This document shows, one piece after another, positions 23,741 through 36,082 of a DNA stretch of 64,000 nt (the stretch's first letter is position 1; each line of letters begins with the position of its first letter). The notes below the pieces were generated by a model. It did not search any database, was not told where the DNA came from, and worked only from the letters and a program-made list of their open reading frames with translations. This DNA comes from Chiloscyllium plagiosum (lineage: Eukaryota). The stretch is from positions 85,698,283 to 85,762,282 of the forward strand of contig NC_057718.1 of the NCBI RefSeq assembly GCF_004010195.1, given 5' to 3'. A program made the position numbers and the translations under genes.

Positions 23741-24798
23741 GAACCTTGCATTTCTTTTTGGCTAAGTGCCGGTTGTGTCAAGTGTTTTTTGGAAGTTTTC
23801 TCACTGTGAGGCCTAGCGGGTTTTCTCACCAAACTTTACCAAACTCACCTCCTTAACTACCTCACCCAAACCCCAATGTCCCATCCCTCCAATTCTGGCC
23901 CCAGTTCATCTTGCGCCGCTCCCAACACAATGTCGAACTCAACAGACTTCTCACCCGGTTTTGTCACAATTCCCATCATTTCCCATGTCAGTCAAGCCCC
24001 GCTAAGGTTTTATCCTCCATTACCATTGCTGAGAATAGTTTTCAATCTCACATTCATTTATTAATTTTAAACTCCATCTGATTTCATGGTGGGATTTATA
24101 CTGTTGTCCCTGGAGCGTAGACAGTTCTTCCAGATTAGTAGATCACCGACTACCCCATTTAAGCTCCTCTTAAGCTTCTCTGTTGTAAAGTGAATAATAT
24201 CAGTTTTTCTCGTCTTATCTCTGGAACCATTCTGGGAAGTCTCTTCTATATTTTTCCAAGTCCTTGTCATCCTTTCAAAAGAGGTTTAACTGATATAGGT
24301 TAAAGCAGGTTGAGAAAAGGCTGGTGTGGAACATAAACACTGGTATTGACCAATTAGATTGAATTTATGCAGCAACTTCCATGGAATTTTTGATGTGAAT
24401 AGCTCAAATCAATGCAGATATAGGTGGATATATATTCACTGTTGTCCTGGGAAAGCAAATATCAGTGTGCCTACAACCTATTCGTCAGATCCTAGCCCTT
24501 TGCCAGAGTTGCTCAATAAGTGACTACATTTGTAGCTTCCAGCAATTAACTCACACCTACTTTGCTGTAAAAATCCCACCCTGTGCCCTTCATCTATTGG
24601 GTCCCATATTGACTCATGGCCTGAAGTTGCTGATGAGCCACTGATTGTTCCCTGCACTGAAATTAAAGGAAAACATCTGACCGAAGATCATTGAATTTAC
24701 ACTTCAGTTATTCCAATGTACAGAAAACAATGAATTTAATGACAATGAATCATGCATTTGGAATGGTAACCAAATGTTTGTAGATTAAAGTGTGATTT

Positions 24799-25101
24799 TA
24801 GATTAGATTCTCTACAGTATGGAAATAGGCCCTTCAGCCTAACAAGTCCACACTGACCCTCCAAAGAGTAACCCACCCACACCCATTCCCCTAACCTATA
24901 TTTACCCCTGACTAATGTACCTAACACTATGGGCAATATAGCATGACCAATTCACCTAACCAGCACATCTTTGGATTGTGAAAGGAAACCAGAGCACCCA
25001 GAGGAAACCCAGGTAGACAAACCCCACCCAAGGTAGGAATTGAACCCAGGTCCCTGGAACTATTAGGCAGCAGTGCTAACCACTGAGTCACCATGCCACC
25101 C
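24799..25101 (-). mobile_element. HE1 V-SINE
   Basis: tagattagattc tail, aggaaaccagagcacccagaggaaaccc V-domain, gcagtgctaaccactgag head. Confidence 0.9.
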
Positions 25102-25109
25102 ATTTAATT

Positions 25110-25435
25110 GAAGATTTTAGGATTTTGAAAGGAATTCACTGCATAAACAGGGAGAAACCTTTACTATTAATGTAGGAGTCCAACACTAGTGGACATAAAA
25201 TTAGAGACAAGCTATTCAGGAGAAACAATTATTCATACAATGAGTGAAAAACAGACTCCAAAGGAAATAAGCAGTCGATATTACTCATTAATCATTTTAA
25301 CTTGAAGATTGATAGATATTTGCTTGCAACCAACATTAACAGAAATGGATACCAGGGAAAGTGGAAATTGGATACAGATCAACCATCGATAATGGATCAG
25401 GCATCATGGGCTGAATGGTCTACACCTGGTCCTTT
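25110..25435 (+). mobile_element. Degenerate CR1 3' fragment
   Basis: aagattttaggattttgaaagga...gggctgaatggtctacacctg. Confidence 0.55.
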
Positions 25436-25944
25436 GTTTTGGCTGAACAACACACGTCAATCAAGGTAAAAGTGCAAAATTTCTTTGGGCCTCTTTTTTT
25501 TATCAAGTAAGGTTTAATGAGATGCTTGTTGCAAAGCCATGTAAATGTGTACTTACAAGGATTAAAGGATTATAATTGTGAAATATTTCTGCTTGCAACA
25601 AGGCAGAATTAGCTCCGTTATAAGATTAGCCCTCTGAATACTTCCCTTAAGATTTATATACTAAACAGTTTAATATTTTTAATGTATGCTGTTGAGTTAG
25701 ATAGCTTACATAATAATATGGGTGGACATGGCAGTTCCTTACATTTAACTAAATATTACAAAAATCTAAACATTTAGAGAAGCAGTATTCACTGGACAAA
25801 TCTTTTCTTTTCGTTATTTCTTCACACTTTAGTTTTTTTTGACATGCTTTATTTTGTTCAGTGGGCAAAATTATTCCAATGATAGACACCTTACCCTCCT
25901 CAGACAATTTCTGGTTTGAGACTATCTCCACCAAATCCCCTCAT

Positions 25945-26110
25945 AAATCTCACAGGCAACAATGCAATAAATGGACAGTGAACATGTTTTCTGTGACTGC
26001 TACTGAAGGATGAATATTGGTCAGGTCACAATGTGAACCTTCTTCTTAACTTAGCACAGTGCCATGGATGCTTATCATTGCCACAATGATTAGGACAAAT
26101 AGATTGTGTC
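25945..26110 (-). mobile_element. Deu-domain SINE fragment
   Basis: ctgaaggatgaatattggtcagg...cagtgccatggatg, homologous to the cores at 13772-14415 and 41172-41705. Confidence 0.5.
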
Positions 26111-26574
26111 TGTTCATTGTTTAAAGATCATATCTTTTTACTTTTATGTGTTTTTGCTTGTGGACTGAAATGGGGAAAATACTGTTTTAAAAACTGAGGG
26201 TTATTGAAGTAATTGCTGTTCTTTTTAAAGGCAATTAATCTAACGCTCGTTGTAAGTGCTGTTTGCTCACATTGTATGGGAGGGACTGAAGACAGGCTGG
26301 ACCTGGGCTGTGTACAAAGGGAGATTTGGCTGGCAACAGGTAGCTGATTGGTGTGTGGAATGGTGGGCAGTTGTAAATGGCAAGATCTTCTTCCTGTCAA
26401 AAGCTATGTGATTGGCTCCCAGGAAGTTTAACAGGCTTGTGTGCGTGAATACTTGGTCAGAGGCTTTTGGACCTGTGGAAAGGAAAGTGCTATCCTTTCC
26501 TCTTCCCTAAAATGCAACTCAAGCCTCAACAAAGCCAGTTTGCTTCCTTCATCAAAGTTTGTAAGCTGTGACAC

Positions 26575-27993
26575 TTAGAGTCATAATCATAGAGATGTAC
26601 AGCATGGAAATAGACCCTCCGGTCCAACTCATCCATGCTGACCACATATCCCAACCCAATCTAGTCCCACCTGCCAGGACCCGACCCATATCCCTCCAAA
26701 CCCTTCATATTCATATACCCATCCAGATGCCTTTTTAATGTTGCAATTGTACCAGCCTCCACCACTTCCTCTGGCAGTTCATTCCATACACACACCACCC
26801 TCTGCTTGAAAAGGTTGCCCCTTAGGTCTCTTTTATGTCTTTCACCTCTCACCCTAAACCTATGCCCTCTAGTTCTGGACTCCCCACCCCAGGGAAAAGA
26901 CTTTGTCTATTTATCCTATCCATGCCCACATAATTTTCTAAACCTCTATAAGGCCACCCCTCAACCTCCGATGCTCCAGGGGAAACAGCCCCAGCCTATT
27001 CAGCCTCTCCCTATAGCTCAAATCCTCCAACCCTGGCAACATCCTTGTAAATCTTTTCTGAACCCTTTCAAGTATCACAACATCTTTCTGATAGGAAGGA
27101 GACCAGAATTGCATGCAGTATTCCAAAAGTGGCCTAACCAATGTCCTGTACAGCCGCAACATGACCTCCCAACTCCTGTACTCAATACTCTAACCAATAA
27201 AGGAAAGCATATCAAATGCCTTCTTCATTATCCTATCTATCTGCGACTCCACTTTCAAGGACCTATGAATGTGGACCCCAAGGTCTCTTTTCAGCAAAAC
27301 CCCCTAGAACCTTAACATTAAGTTAATAAGTCCTGCTAAGATTTGCTTTCCCAAAATGCAGCACCTCACATTTATCTAATTTAAACTCCATCTGCCACTT
27401 CTCAGCCCATTGGTCCATCCAATTAGGATCCTGTTGTTATCTCAGGTAATCTTCTTCATTATCCACTACACCTCCAATTTTGGTGTCATCTGCAAACTTA
27501 TTAACTAAACCTCCTATGTTCACATTCAAATCATTTATATAAATTATGAAAAGTAGTGGATCTAGCACTGTTCCTTGTGGCGCTCCACTGGTCACAGGTC
27601 TCCAATCTGAAAAACAACCCTCCACCACCACCCTTTGTCTTCTATCTTTGAGCCAGTCTGTACCCAAATGGCTAGTTCTCCCTGTATCCATGTGATCTAA
27701 CCTTGCTAACCAGTTTCCCATGGGGAACCTTGTCGAACTTCTTACTGAAGTCCATATAGATCATGTCTGTCGCTCTGCCCTTATCAATCCTCTTTGTTAC
27801 TTCTTCAAAAAACTCAATCAATTTTGTGAGACATGATTTCCCAAGCACAAAATCATGTTGGCTATCCCTAATCAGGCCTTGCCTTTCCAAATACATCCTG
27901 TCCCTCAGGATTGCCTCCAACAACTTGCCCACCATCGACATCAGGCTCACTGGTCTTTAGTTCCCTGGCATATCCTTAGAACCTTTCTTAAAC
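26575..27993 (-). mobile_element. 5'-truncated CR1 (most of RT domain)
   Basis: ORFs read SLMSMVGKLLE...QHDFVLGKSCLTKL...[34 protein letters not shown]...KFADDTK; LYRTLVRPLLEYC. Tail tagagtcataatcatagag. Confidence 0.95.
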
Positions 27994-28094
27994 AGTGTAG
28001 GCAAACTCAGGAAGGCTACAAAGAATCATGGAGGATAAAGGAAACTGCTGACATCAGAATTGTAGATCAACGTCAGAATGAGGGATACCACCAA

Positions 28095-28475
28095 GAAATA
28101 GAGGTCTATAAAATCATGAGAGGCATAGATAAGATAGAGGGCAACAACATTTTCCCATGGTGAGGGATTCTAAAACTAGAGAGCATAGGTACAGTTTTGG
28201 GAGATACAAAAGCGTCCAGAGGGGCAATTTTTTTCACTTAGAGGATGGTGAGTGTCTAGAATGCGCTGGCAGAGCTAGTTGTGGAGGCAGGTGCAATTTT
28301 GTCATTTAAGAAACATTTGTACAGGTACGTGGATGAGATAGGTATAGATGGGATAGGTACAGAGGGATACAGACCAAATGCAGGCAAGTGAGACTAGATT
28401 AATTGTGAACACTGAGTGGCATGGCAAGTTGGGCTATGGGGCCTGTTTCCATGAGGTAAACCTTTAAGACTATAA
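28095..28475 (+). mobile_element. CR1 3' fragment
   Basis: Encodes IEVYKIMRGIDK, followed by the 3'UTR gggcctgtttccatg. Confidence 0.85.
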
Positions 28476-29303
28476 AATGGCAGTCTTTCGATAAAGGCAC
28501 TCATTTAAAATCACTCCAACGAGGAGCTATGGGAAGAAGAGTAAAATCCGTCAGCTCAAGTGGAGTGCTTGCCCTCTGTAAGGGGGAATTTAGATTTTAT
28601 CTGTAAGAGATAAATGACACCCTAACTTTGCAAGCAACATTGAGGCTAGGTTTCTGGGTAAACAGGAGCCAATATTAATGAGTACATTCTAAGAAGGCCT
28701 TGGAAGGAGACAGTGTAAGCTAGACACTGAAAAAGCAATAGAACCGACATCCAGGATGAGATAGATTGTTTATTCCCTGTCTGGTTGGAGACCTTAACAC
28801 ATTCACCTGTGACACAGAGAAACATTCACTTCATTTGTTACATATGAAAGAAGATTTAAACGTGGATATAAAGATGTCAATGGTATAAACTGATACAACC
28901 AATTTTTCTGTATGCTGCAGAGTTTAGCTTCACTCTGATAACTCAGACAGACCTCTCCTTGTGTCACATAAATAAAACAATCCTAAAAACCCAAACCCAG
29001 TCTCCAGCAACTAACTATTGAAACTTCACCACCTGAAGGAAAGTCAGCGGTTAGTGAACTCACTCAGAAAAAGTCAAATGCTGTCCTGGCACTTCCAGAC
29101 TTTGATGGTGGGCACCGGCAAGACTTCAACAACTCTCAGGAAGACATGCCAATGGTGCCCCAGATCCAAGTAAGCTGGGACATTGGGCAGAAAGGATTAC
29201 TTTCTGGAACAGATAAAGGAGTGAGCTTTAAAGTCCGTGCGGTGAGGATCAAAGAGTGACTTTTTAAAGAATCCCTCTGAAGTGCAAAACACACACCTCA
29301 AAG

Positions 29304-29605
29304 ATCATAGAATCCCCACAGCATGGAGGCAATCCATTTGGCCCATCGAGACCACACTGACCCTCCAAATAGCATCCCACCAAGATGCAGCACCCTTCCT
29401 TAACCCTCTACACTCCATTTAGGCTAATCCACCTAACCTGCAAATCTTTAGACTGTGAGAGGAAACTAGAGCACCAAGAGGAAACTCACGCGGACACAGG
29501 GAGAATGTGCAAACTCCACTCAGACAGTTGCCTGAGGCTGGAATTGACCCTGGGTCCCTAGCACTGTGAGATAGCTGTGCTAACTACTGAGCCAATGTGT
29601 CAACC
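29304..29605 (-). mobile_element. HE1-like V-SINE
   Basis: ggacacagggagaatgtgcaaactcca V-domain, with head and tail present. Confidence 0.88.
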
Positions 29606-29872
29606 ACCATTCCTGATGCCCTTTTAAAACCCTTTTATAAAAACTGGGCTGTCCACTCCCAGTTGACTGGCCATGCCAGTCGTATTATAGTGCTGGCAGG
29701 ATATATTTCAGCAGGGGGGCAGGCTGGGGACTGGAGTCTCTTGAGTTTTGGACAGGGGGTTAGGCTCTGTCCATCCTCTTCCAAACAAAGATCTACCTAT
29801 TGGGGTCACACAAAATCCAGCCCATTATCTTTAGTCCCTGTTGCAATCTCCATGGTCATGTCTCAGTTTTTC

Positions 29873-29906
29873 TCCTGAAGAAGGGCCTGTGCCCGAAACG
29901 TCGAAT
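29873..29906 (+). ncRNA. Minimal type-I hammerhead ribozyme motif (core intact)
   Basis: CUGAAGA-A-GGGC-cugu-GCCC-GAAA-CG-UC, predicted cleavage after C29902. Helix I is only about 2 bp in this copy. Confidence 0.75.
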
Positions 29907-29963
29907 CTCCTGTTCCCTGGATGCTGCCTGACCTGCTGTGCTGTTCCAGCAATAAAGTTTCAA
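29875..29963 (+). mobile_element. 89-bp Penelope-pLTR mini-insert beginning at a hammerhead core
   Basis: 13-bp TSD ctcagtttttctc at 29862-29874 and 29964-29976. Confidence 0.9.
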
Positions 29964-30459
29964 CTCAGTTTTTCTCTCCCTTATTGAAGGGTGACCTGCT
30001 AGTCTCTTACCATTCCATTAATTTATTACATTTTCCATTAATTTCCTTGTTTTGTCATCGTGTTTTAATCTGTAATTAGCTACCATTTTTATTATAAATT
30101 ATATTTATAGCCTTCAACAGAACACATGAGATAATTGGAGCTCTGAGACTTCACCTGTCTTGTGTTCAGGCTGTGGAAGGCACATGAACCAATTGCTGTA
30201 TACTGTTCCTCTCATGTCCTCAGGGTGATCTACAGCCAATAAATTACATTTTAGATGTAATCACTTGCTGACTTAGATGCCAATAGTGACAATTAATTTA
30301 CACATAACAAGGGCCCTCAAGCAGCAATAAGGTGAACACAAATTCAGTGGTAAACAAAATGGAGATAGGTTTGAATTAATTTGTGAAGAAAACATGTGTG
30401 TTAATAACCTTCTGAATTATTTGCTCTGTACCATGTTGACAGTAATTGCTAGGCTAAAA

Positions 30460-30878
30460 AGTTAACCAAAGATGGTGCTGTTGATGTAGCCGACATGGAT
30501 TTTATGAAGGCTGCTGACAATGTCATAAATGGCAGATTGGTCAGCAAAATAAAAGCCAATGGGATCCAAGGAATATAGCTAGTTGAATCCAATGTGGGTC
30601 CAATGGCAGTCAACTAGAAGGCTAGACTAGAAGACTGTTTCTAATGGGGTTCCATAGATCCCTTGCTTTTTGTAGAACAAGACCATACAAAAAGTTTAAA
30701 CTTAAATGTAGGGAACATAGGTAAGTAGTTTATAGATGATGCAAAAACTTAACCATCTAGGAGATAATGGCCAAACAGGATGTAGACTGCAGGGCAGTAT
30801 CAATAAGTTGGCCAAGTAAGCAGAAAGATAGCAAATGGAATTCAATCTGGAGCAGTCTGAAGTATTATATTTATAATG
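30460..30878 (+). mobile_element. Degenerate CR1 RT fragment
   Basis: gatgtagccgacatggatttt...aaggc...gacaa (D..YMDF.KA.D) and aagtagtttatagatgat. Confidence 0.6.
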
Positions 30879-31232
30879 GAGTGGCATGCTGGCTCAGTGG
30901 CCAGCATTGCTGCCTCATGGCATCAGGGACCCAGATTTGATTACAGCTTAAGGTGATTGGCTATGTGCAGTTTGCATGTTCTCCCCATGTCTGCATGCGT
31001 TTCCTCCAGGTGGCTCTGGTTTCCTCCCACAGTCCAAAGATATGCAGGTTGGGTGGATTGACCATACTAAATTGTCCATAGTGTACAGGAATGTGTAGGT
31101 CAGGTGACTTAGACATGGGCAATGCAGTGTTACAGGGTCGGGAGAGGTAGGTCTGGTGGGATTCTCTTTGGAGGGTCAACGAGGACTCAATGGGCTGAAT
31201 GGCCAGCTTCCACACATAGGGATTCTTTGATT
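30879..31232 (+). mobile_element. HE1-like V-SINE
   Basis: ggctcagtgg head, gtttgcatgttctccccatgtctgc V-domain, gggattctttga tail. Confidence 0.88.
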
Positions 31233-31914
31233 CAGAGACAGCAACAAAGGTAAGAAAGTATCCAATAACTAATAGTATACAGAAAAATATAAAGAGTGTG
31301 AATATGAGTTCAGGCTACTCATTTAACTCCATGTACCTTGTTGTAAGTTGAACCAGTACACAATGGGTTGTAGGTGGCTTTCAGTTCTGATGAAGGATTG
31401 GGGAGGTCATTCATTCATGTCGTGAGGTTCTGGGATTTGTTGTTTGGTCATTTCTTATGGTTATAAAATGTTTAAAGAGTTACATTGTACCATGTAACCA
31501 TCGGAAAGAATCATTGGGAGAGATTGAAGTCAGATTCAGTGTTTCTTCTGAGCTTTATGTTATCTGAAGTTGGCATTGTTTCTTTGGTTCAGTGTTAATA
31601 TGCATCTCTAGTGTTAGAGTACAAAAGTTGAGAGAAGTGTTAGGAGTTTTTGCTGTCACGAGGATGCAATTGTTAAGCATAGTAACTGAGCTCTGATAAA
31701 GAATATACAACTCGATTGTAAAATTTGAGCAATCATATGGAATTGTATTGTACGTTTTAACTGTACACTCATGTGGGATTGTGTGCCATGAGTGTGTCAA
31801 AGACATCAATCAGATTTTATGATTGCCTGTATTTGAAGTATCAGAGATCAGAAAAGGAGTCCAACATGGAGAAACAGATGGATTTGCAGGTGTATGTTAC
31901 AACAGATCTCTGAC

Positions 31915-32302
31915 TGGTGAGCCTGCTATTCAGTGGCGAGCAAATTGTTGGAGGAGATCCTGCAGAACAGGAGTTAGATGTCTTTCGAAAGGCGGGAACT
32001 GATTAGTCAACATGGCTTTGTGTGGGGGAAATCGTACCTCATTGATTTGGATGAGTTTTTTGAAGAAGTAACGAAGACGACTGATGAAGACAGAGTGGTG
32101 GACATGATCAAAATGGACTTCAGTGAGGCATTCGGCAAGGTTCTGCCTGGTTAACCAGTTGGTAAGGTTAGATCACATGGAACACAGGGAGAACAAGGCA
32201 TTTTGACACAGAACTGGCTTCAAGATAGAAGGCAGAAGGTGATGGTGGGGAGTTGCTTTTCAGACTGGAAGCCTGTGACCAGTGGTGTGTCACAAGGATT
32301 GC
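31915..32302 (+). mobile_element. CR1 internal RT fragment
   Basis: caacatggctttgtg (QHGFV), atggacttcagtgaggcattcggcaaggtt, and QNWLQDRRQKVMVGSCFSDWKPVTSGVSQG. Confidence 0.85.
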
Positions 32303-32710
32303 TCACTTGTCAATGGTACAGATTTGTTCCATCAGGATGGTGGATGCGTGTGGAATATGGCACACTTGCTCTGCTGAGTCCTGCAAGCTTATTTCAGGCA
32401 GTAAAAGAATTATTTGAAATTGTGTGTGGTCTGTACCATCCTCCCTTGTGTGGCTGCACCTTCCTCCATGCCCACCCCCCCACCCCCACTTTAATCCTCC
32501 CTGCTTCCGTTGAGTGTGTGTGTGTGTGTGTGTGTTCAGCAGGTATTCCTTGTCCAGTTTGCCATGATGGATCAGTGGACTGTCACAGAATAAAGGCACA
32601 TGAGGATACTGACCTACACAATTACCTGCATACGGTCTGACTGAGTTTGAAAGAGTGGTATAGGACAGACAGGGTCAACGATGCTCAGAAAGTGATAGGT
32701 GGGCAGTGCG

Positions 32711-33933
32711 CACCCTTGCACCCTCTGGATTCTTCAATTGAGCTTCATTTTGCATTCATTTAATCTGCTCATGAGTATGAAATGGAGTTAGCTCTCAAGA
32801 GAGAGTTGATGATCTACCTTGCCCCACAGTCAATCTCAAAGTATGAGATGCTGCAAATATGTTCCAAAATGGAAAGGGAAGGACTCATTCAAATCCATTG
32901 CCACAATCATTTTCCCAGCTCTTGGCCTTACAGTGTTTGTCCTGGCTTGAATTTGTTGTGGGGGGGGGGGGGGGCTATAAAAGCTGACACACTTCAATCT
33001 CCTCCTCAGGCAGGTCCTCAGGATCGGAAATGACTGGGTCTCCACTCAAGTTTGATGGGTTCTGAGATAGTCCAAATTTTCTCAGATTCTGTCAGTAATT
33101 TGTCTGAGGTGGTGTACAGTATTGCAGCAAGGGAGATGGTTGAACGGGTTGGTGTACTGATAGAGCCCCAGTCACTGAAATGGAGCCAGTGATGGCTCCA
33201 TTGGTGAGGATCAGGACTTGCAAGTCATTGTGGACTTGACAGAGGATGGAAATAATATCTGAGGGCAACCAAACTTCAGGAGGTTAGAAATCACACAACA
33301 TCAGATTATAGGCCAACAGGTCTATTTGGAAGCCACCCTTGCACCCTCTGGATTCTTCAATTGAGCTTCATTTTGCATTCATTTAATCTGCTCATGAGTA
33401 TGAAATGGAGTTAGCTCTCAAGAGAGAGTTGATGATCTACCTTGCCCCACAGTCAATCTCAAAGTATGAGACGCTGCAAATATGCTCCAAAATGAAAAGG
33501 GAAGGACTCATTCAAATCCATTGCCACAATCATTTTCCCAGCTCTTGGCCGTACAGTGTTTGTCCTGGCTTGAATTTGTTTTGGGGGGGGGGCAATAAAA
33601 GCTGACACACTTCAATCTCCTCCTCAGGCAGGTCCTCAGGATCGAAGATGACTGGGTCTCCACTCAAGTTTGATGGGTTCTGAGATAGTCCAAATTTTCT
33701 CAGATTCTATCAGTAATTTGTCTGAGGTGCTGTACAGTATTGCAGCAAGGGAGATGGTTGAACGGGTTGGTGTACTGATAGAGCCCCAGTCACTGAAATG
33801 GAGCCAGTGATCAGGACTTGCAAGTCACTGTGGACTTGACAGAGGATGGAAATAACATCTGAGGGCAACCAAACTTCAGGAGGTTAGAAATCACACAACA
33901 TCAGATTATAGTCCAACAGGTCTATTTGGAAGC
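32711..33933. repeat. Tandem segmental duplication, 2 copies (32711-33333; 33334-33933)
   Basis: Near-identical copies that differ by scattered substitutions, G-run length and an 18-bp indel. Confidence 0.95.
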
Positions 33934-34369
33934 ATTGACTTTTGGAGCACTGCTCCTTCATCAGGTGGTTGTGAAGTATAGGATTGTAAGACACGGAATT
34001 TATAGCAAAAGATTACAGTGTCATACAGTGATATATTGTACAAACCTGGATTGTTAAGTCTTTCATCTTTTAGAATGAATTTATTAGTATGTAAATCCTA
34101 GAACTTCTTTTAAGTCACCTTCTCAAGATAATTTAAGGTTTTATAACAAAACATGATATCTCAGCTCAGAGACTGCATTAAAGGTGTGAGGTCAGATTCT
34201 GACTGTATCCCAATCTTACTGGTTCTATTTCCAAAGTGGAATTTATAAAATATTACATGGATTGACTGACTGCATTGACTACCTGCAGATTGTGCATCTT
34301 TGGAGCAAAATAAAATGTGTCTGTAAATATAATTCTGCAAATACAAATTCACCCATTGACTTATATGTG

Positions 34370-34506
34370 TGTTTGTGTGCAAGTGAGAGAGAGAGAGAGA
34401 GAGAGAGACAGTGAGTGCGTGCATGTGAGTGTGCGCGTGTGAGTGTACATGAGAGAGTGTGCGCGTGTGTGTATACACGCGCATGCAAGAGTGTCTATGT
34501 GTGTGT
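34370..34506. repeat. (GA)n / (GT)n-rich microsatellite in the Penelope 3'UTR
   Basis: gagagagagagagagagagagaga at ~34385-34408, flanked by gtgtgc-type repeats. Confidence 0.9.
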
Positions 34507-35965
34507 ACAGTGCAGTCGGGTCACCTGTAGTGTGAGCCCAAGGTCCCAGTTGAGGCCATCCCCATTGGTACTGAACTTGGCTATCAGTCTCTGCTCGGCC
34601 ACTTTGTGTTGTTGCCTATCTCCACCTTGGAGGATGGTCACCCAAAGACCCGAGGCTGAATATCCCTGACTGCTGAAGTGCTGCCCGAATGGGAGAGAAC
34701 ACTCCTGCCTGTTGATTGTTGCGTGGTGTCCATTCACCTGTTGTCGTAGCTTCTGCTTGGTCCCGCCAATATACAAAGCCTCAGGGCATCCTTGCATGCA
34801 GCGTACGAGATAGACAACGTTGGCTGAGTCACATGTATAGTTGCTGCTTACACAGTGGGTGGTGCCCCCACGGATAATGGGGGTATCCATGTCAACACTC
34901 TGACACGTCTTGCAGTGGCTGCCATGACAGGGTTGTACGGTGCTGTGGTTGATGTTGTCCTGAAGGCTGGATAGTTTACTGCGAAAAATCGTCTGTTTAA
35001 GGTTTGGAGATTGTTTAAAGGCAAGAAGTAGAGATGTAGGGAAGGTCTTGGCGAGATGTTCATCCTCATCAATCATGTGTTGCAGGCTGTGAAGAACATG
35101 GTGTAATTTTTGGCTCCCGGGAAGTACTGGACAACAAAGGGTACCATATCGGTTACAACCCGTATCTGTCTCCTGAGGAGGTCATTATGGTTTCTTGCTG
35201 TGGCACGTCGGAATGGGTGGTTGGTGAGTTGAACATCGTACCCCGATCTTGTGAGAGCATCCTTGAACACCTTCAGTTGTCCATCACGTTCCTCTTCATC
35301 TGAACAGATCCTGTGTATGCATAAGACTTGTCTGTAGGGATGGCTGTTTTAATATGTATAGGGTAGAAGCTAGAGAAGTGTAGCATTGTGAGGTTATCCA
35401 TGGATTTGTGGTAGAGTGAGGTGCTGCGGTGCCCATCCTTGATGGAGATACATGTGTCCAAGAATGAGACAGATACTAAAGATTAGTCCATGGTGAGTTT
35501 GATGGTGGGATGAAACTCGTTGATATCACTGTGTAGTTTAATCAGTCACTCCTCGTCATAGGTCCAGAGGAAGAAAATGTCGTCAATGTACCTGGTGTAT
35601 AGTGTTGGTTGGAGGTCCTGCGTAGATACGAAGTCTTGTTTGAGCCTGTGCATGAAAGTGTTGGCATATTGGGGGGCAAATTTGTTCCCCATTGCTGTTC
35701 GGTGTGTCTGGATGAAGAACTGGTTGTCAAAGGTGAAAATGTTGTGGTTGAGGATGAAGTGGATAAGTTGTATGACAATGCTTGGAGATTGGCAATTGAT
35801 GGTATTGAGTACTGTGGCTGTTGCCACGATGCCATCATTGTGGGGAATGCTGGTGTAGAGTGCTGAAACGTCTATTATGATAAGTGACGTTTTCGGCTCA
35901 ACCAGTCTGTAGGTGCTGAGTTTCTGTAAGAAATCTATAGTATCACGACAGAAGTTGGGAATCCC
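34495..35965 (-). pseudogene. Penelope RT / GIY-YIG endonuclease ORF, frameshifted
   Basis: Motifs are spread across several frames (ORFs 35546..35827, 35273..35461, 35073..35270, 34495..35076). Confidence 0.9.
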
Positions 35966-36047
35966 TTGTACATGTAAATATCAATCACTGCATGACATTG
36001 TAATCTTTTGCTCTAAATTTGGGTCTTGTGATCTTATACTCCACAAC

Positions 36048-36082
36048 TATCTGATGAAGGAGCTGTGCTCTGAAAGTTAGTG
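36048..36082 (+). ncRNA. Hammerhead motif, family B (partly decayed)
   Basis: tat-CTGATGA-a-ggagc-tgt-gctct-GAAA-gt-ta-gtg. The mirror copy at 33933-33967(-) has GAAA changed to AAAA. Confidence 0.65.

Noticed and set aside
28987..29259. 90-codon stop-free frame with a gtaagc donor-like site
   Set aside because: No convincing acceptor or start and no recognisable homology.
32782..33605. Paralogous ORFs MELALKRELMIY...
   Set aside because: A by-product of the tandem duplication. The frames diverge at a G-run and there is no recognisable domain.
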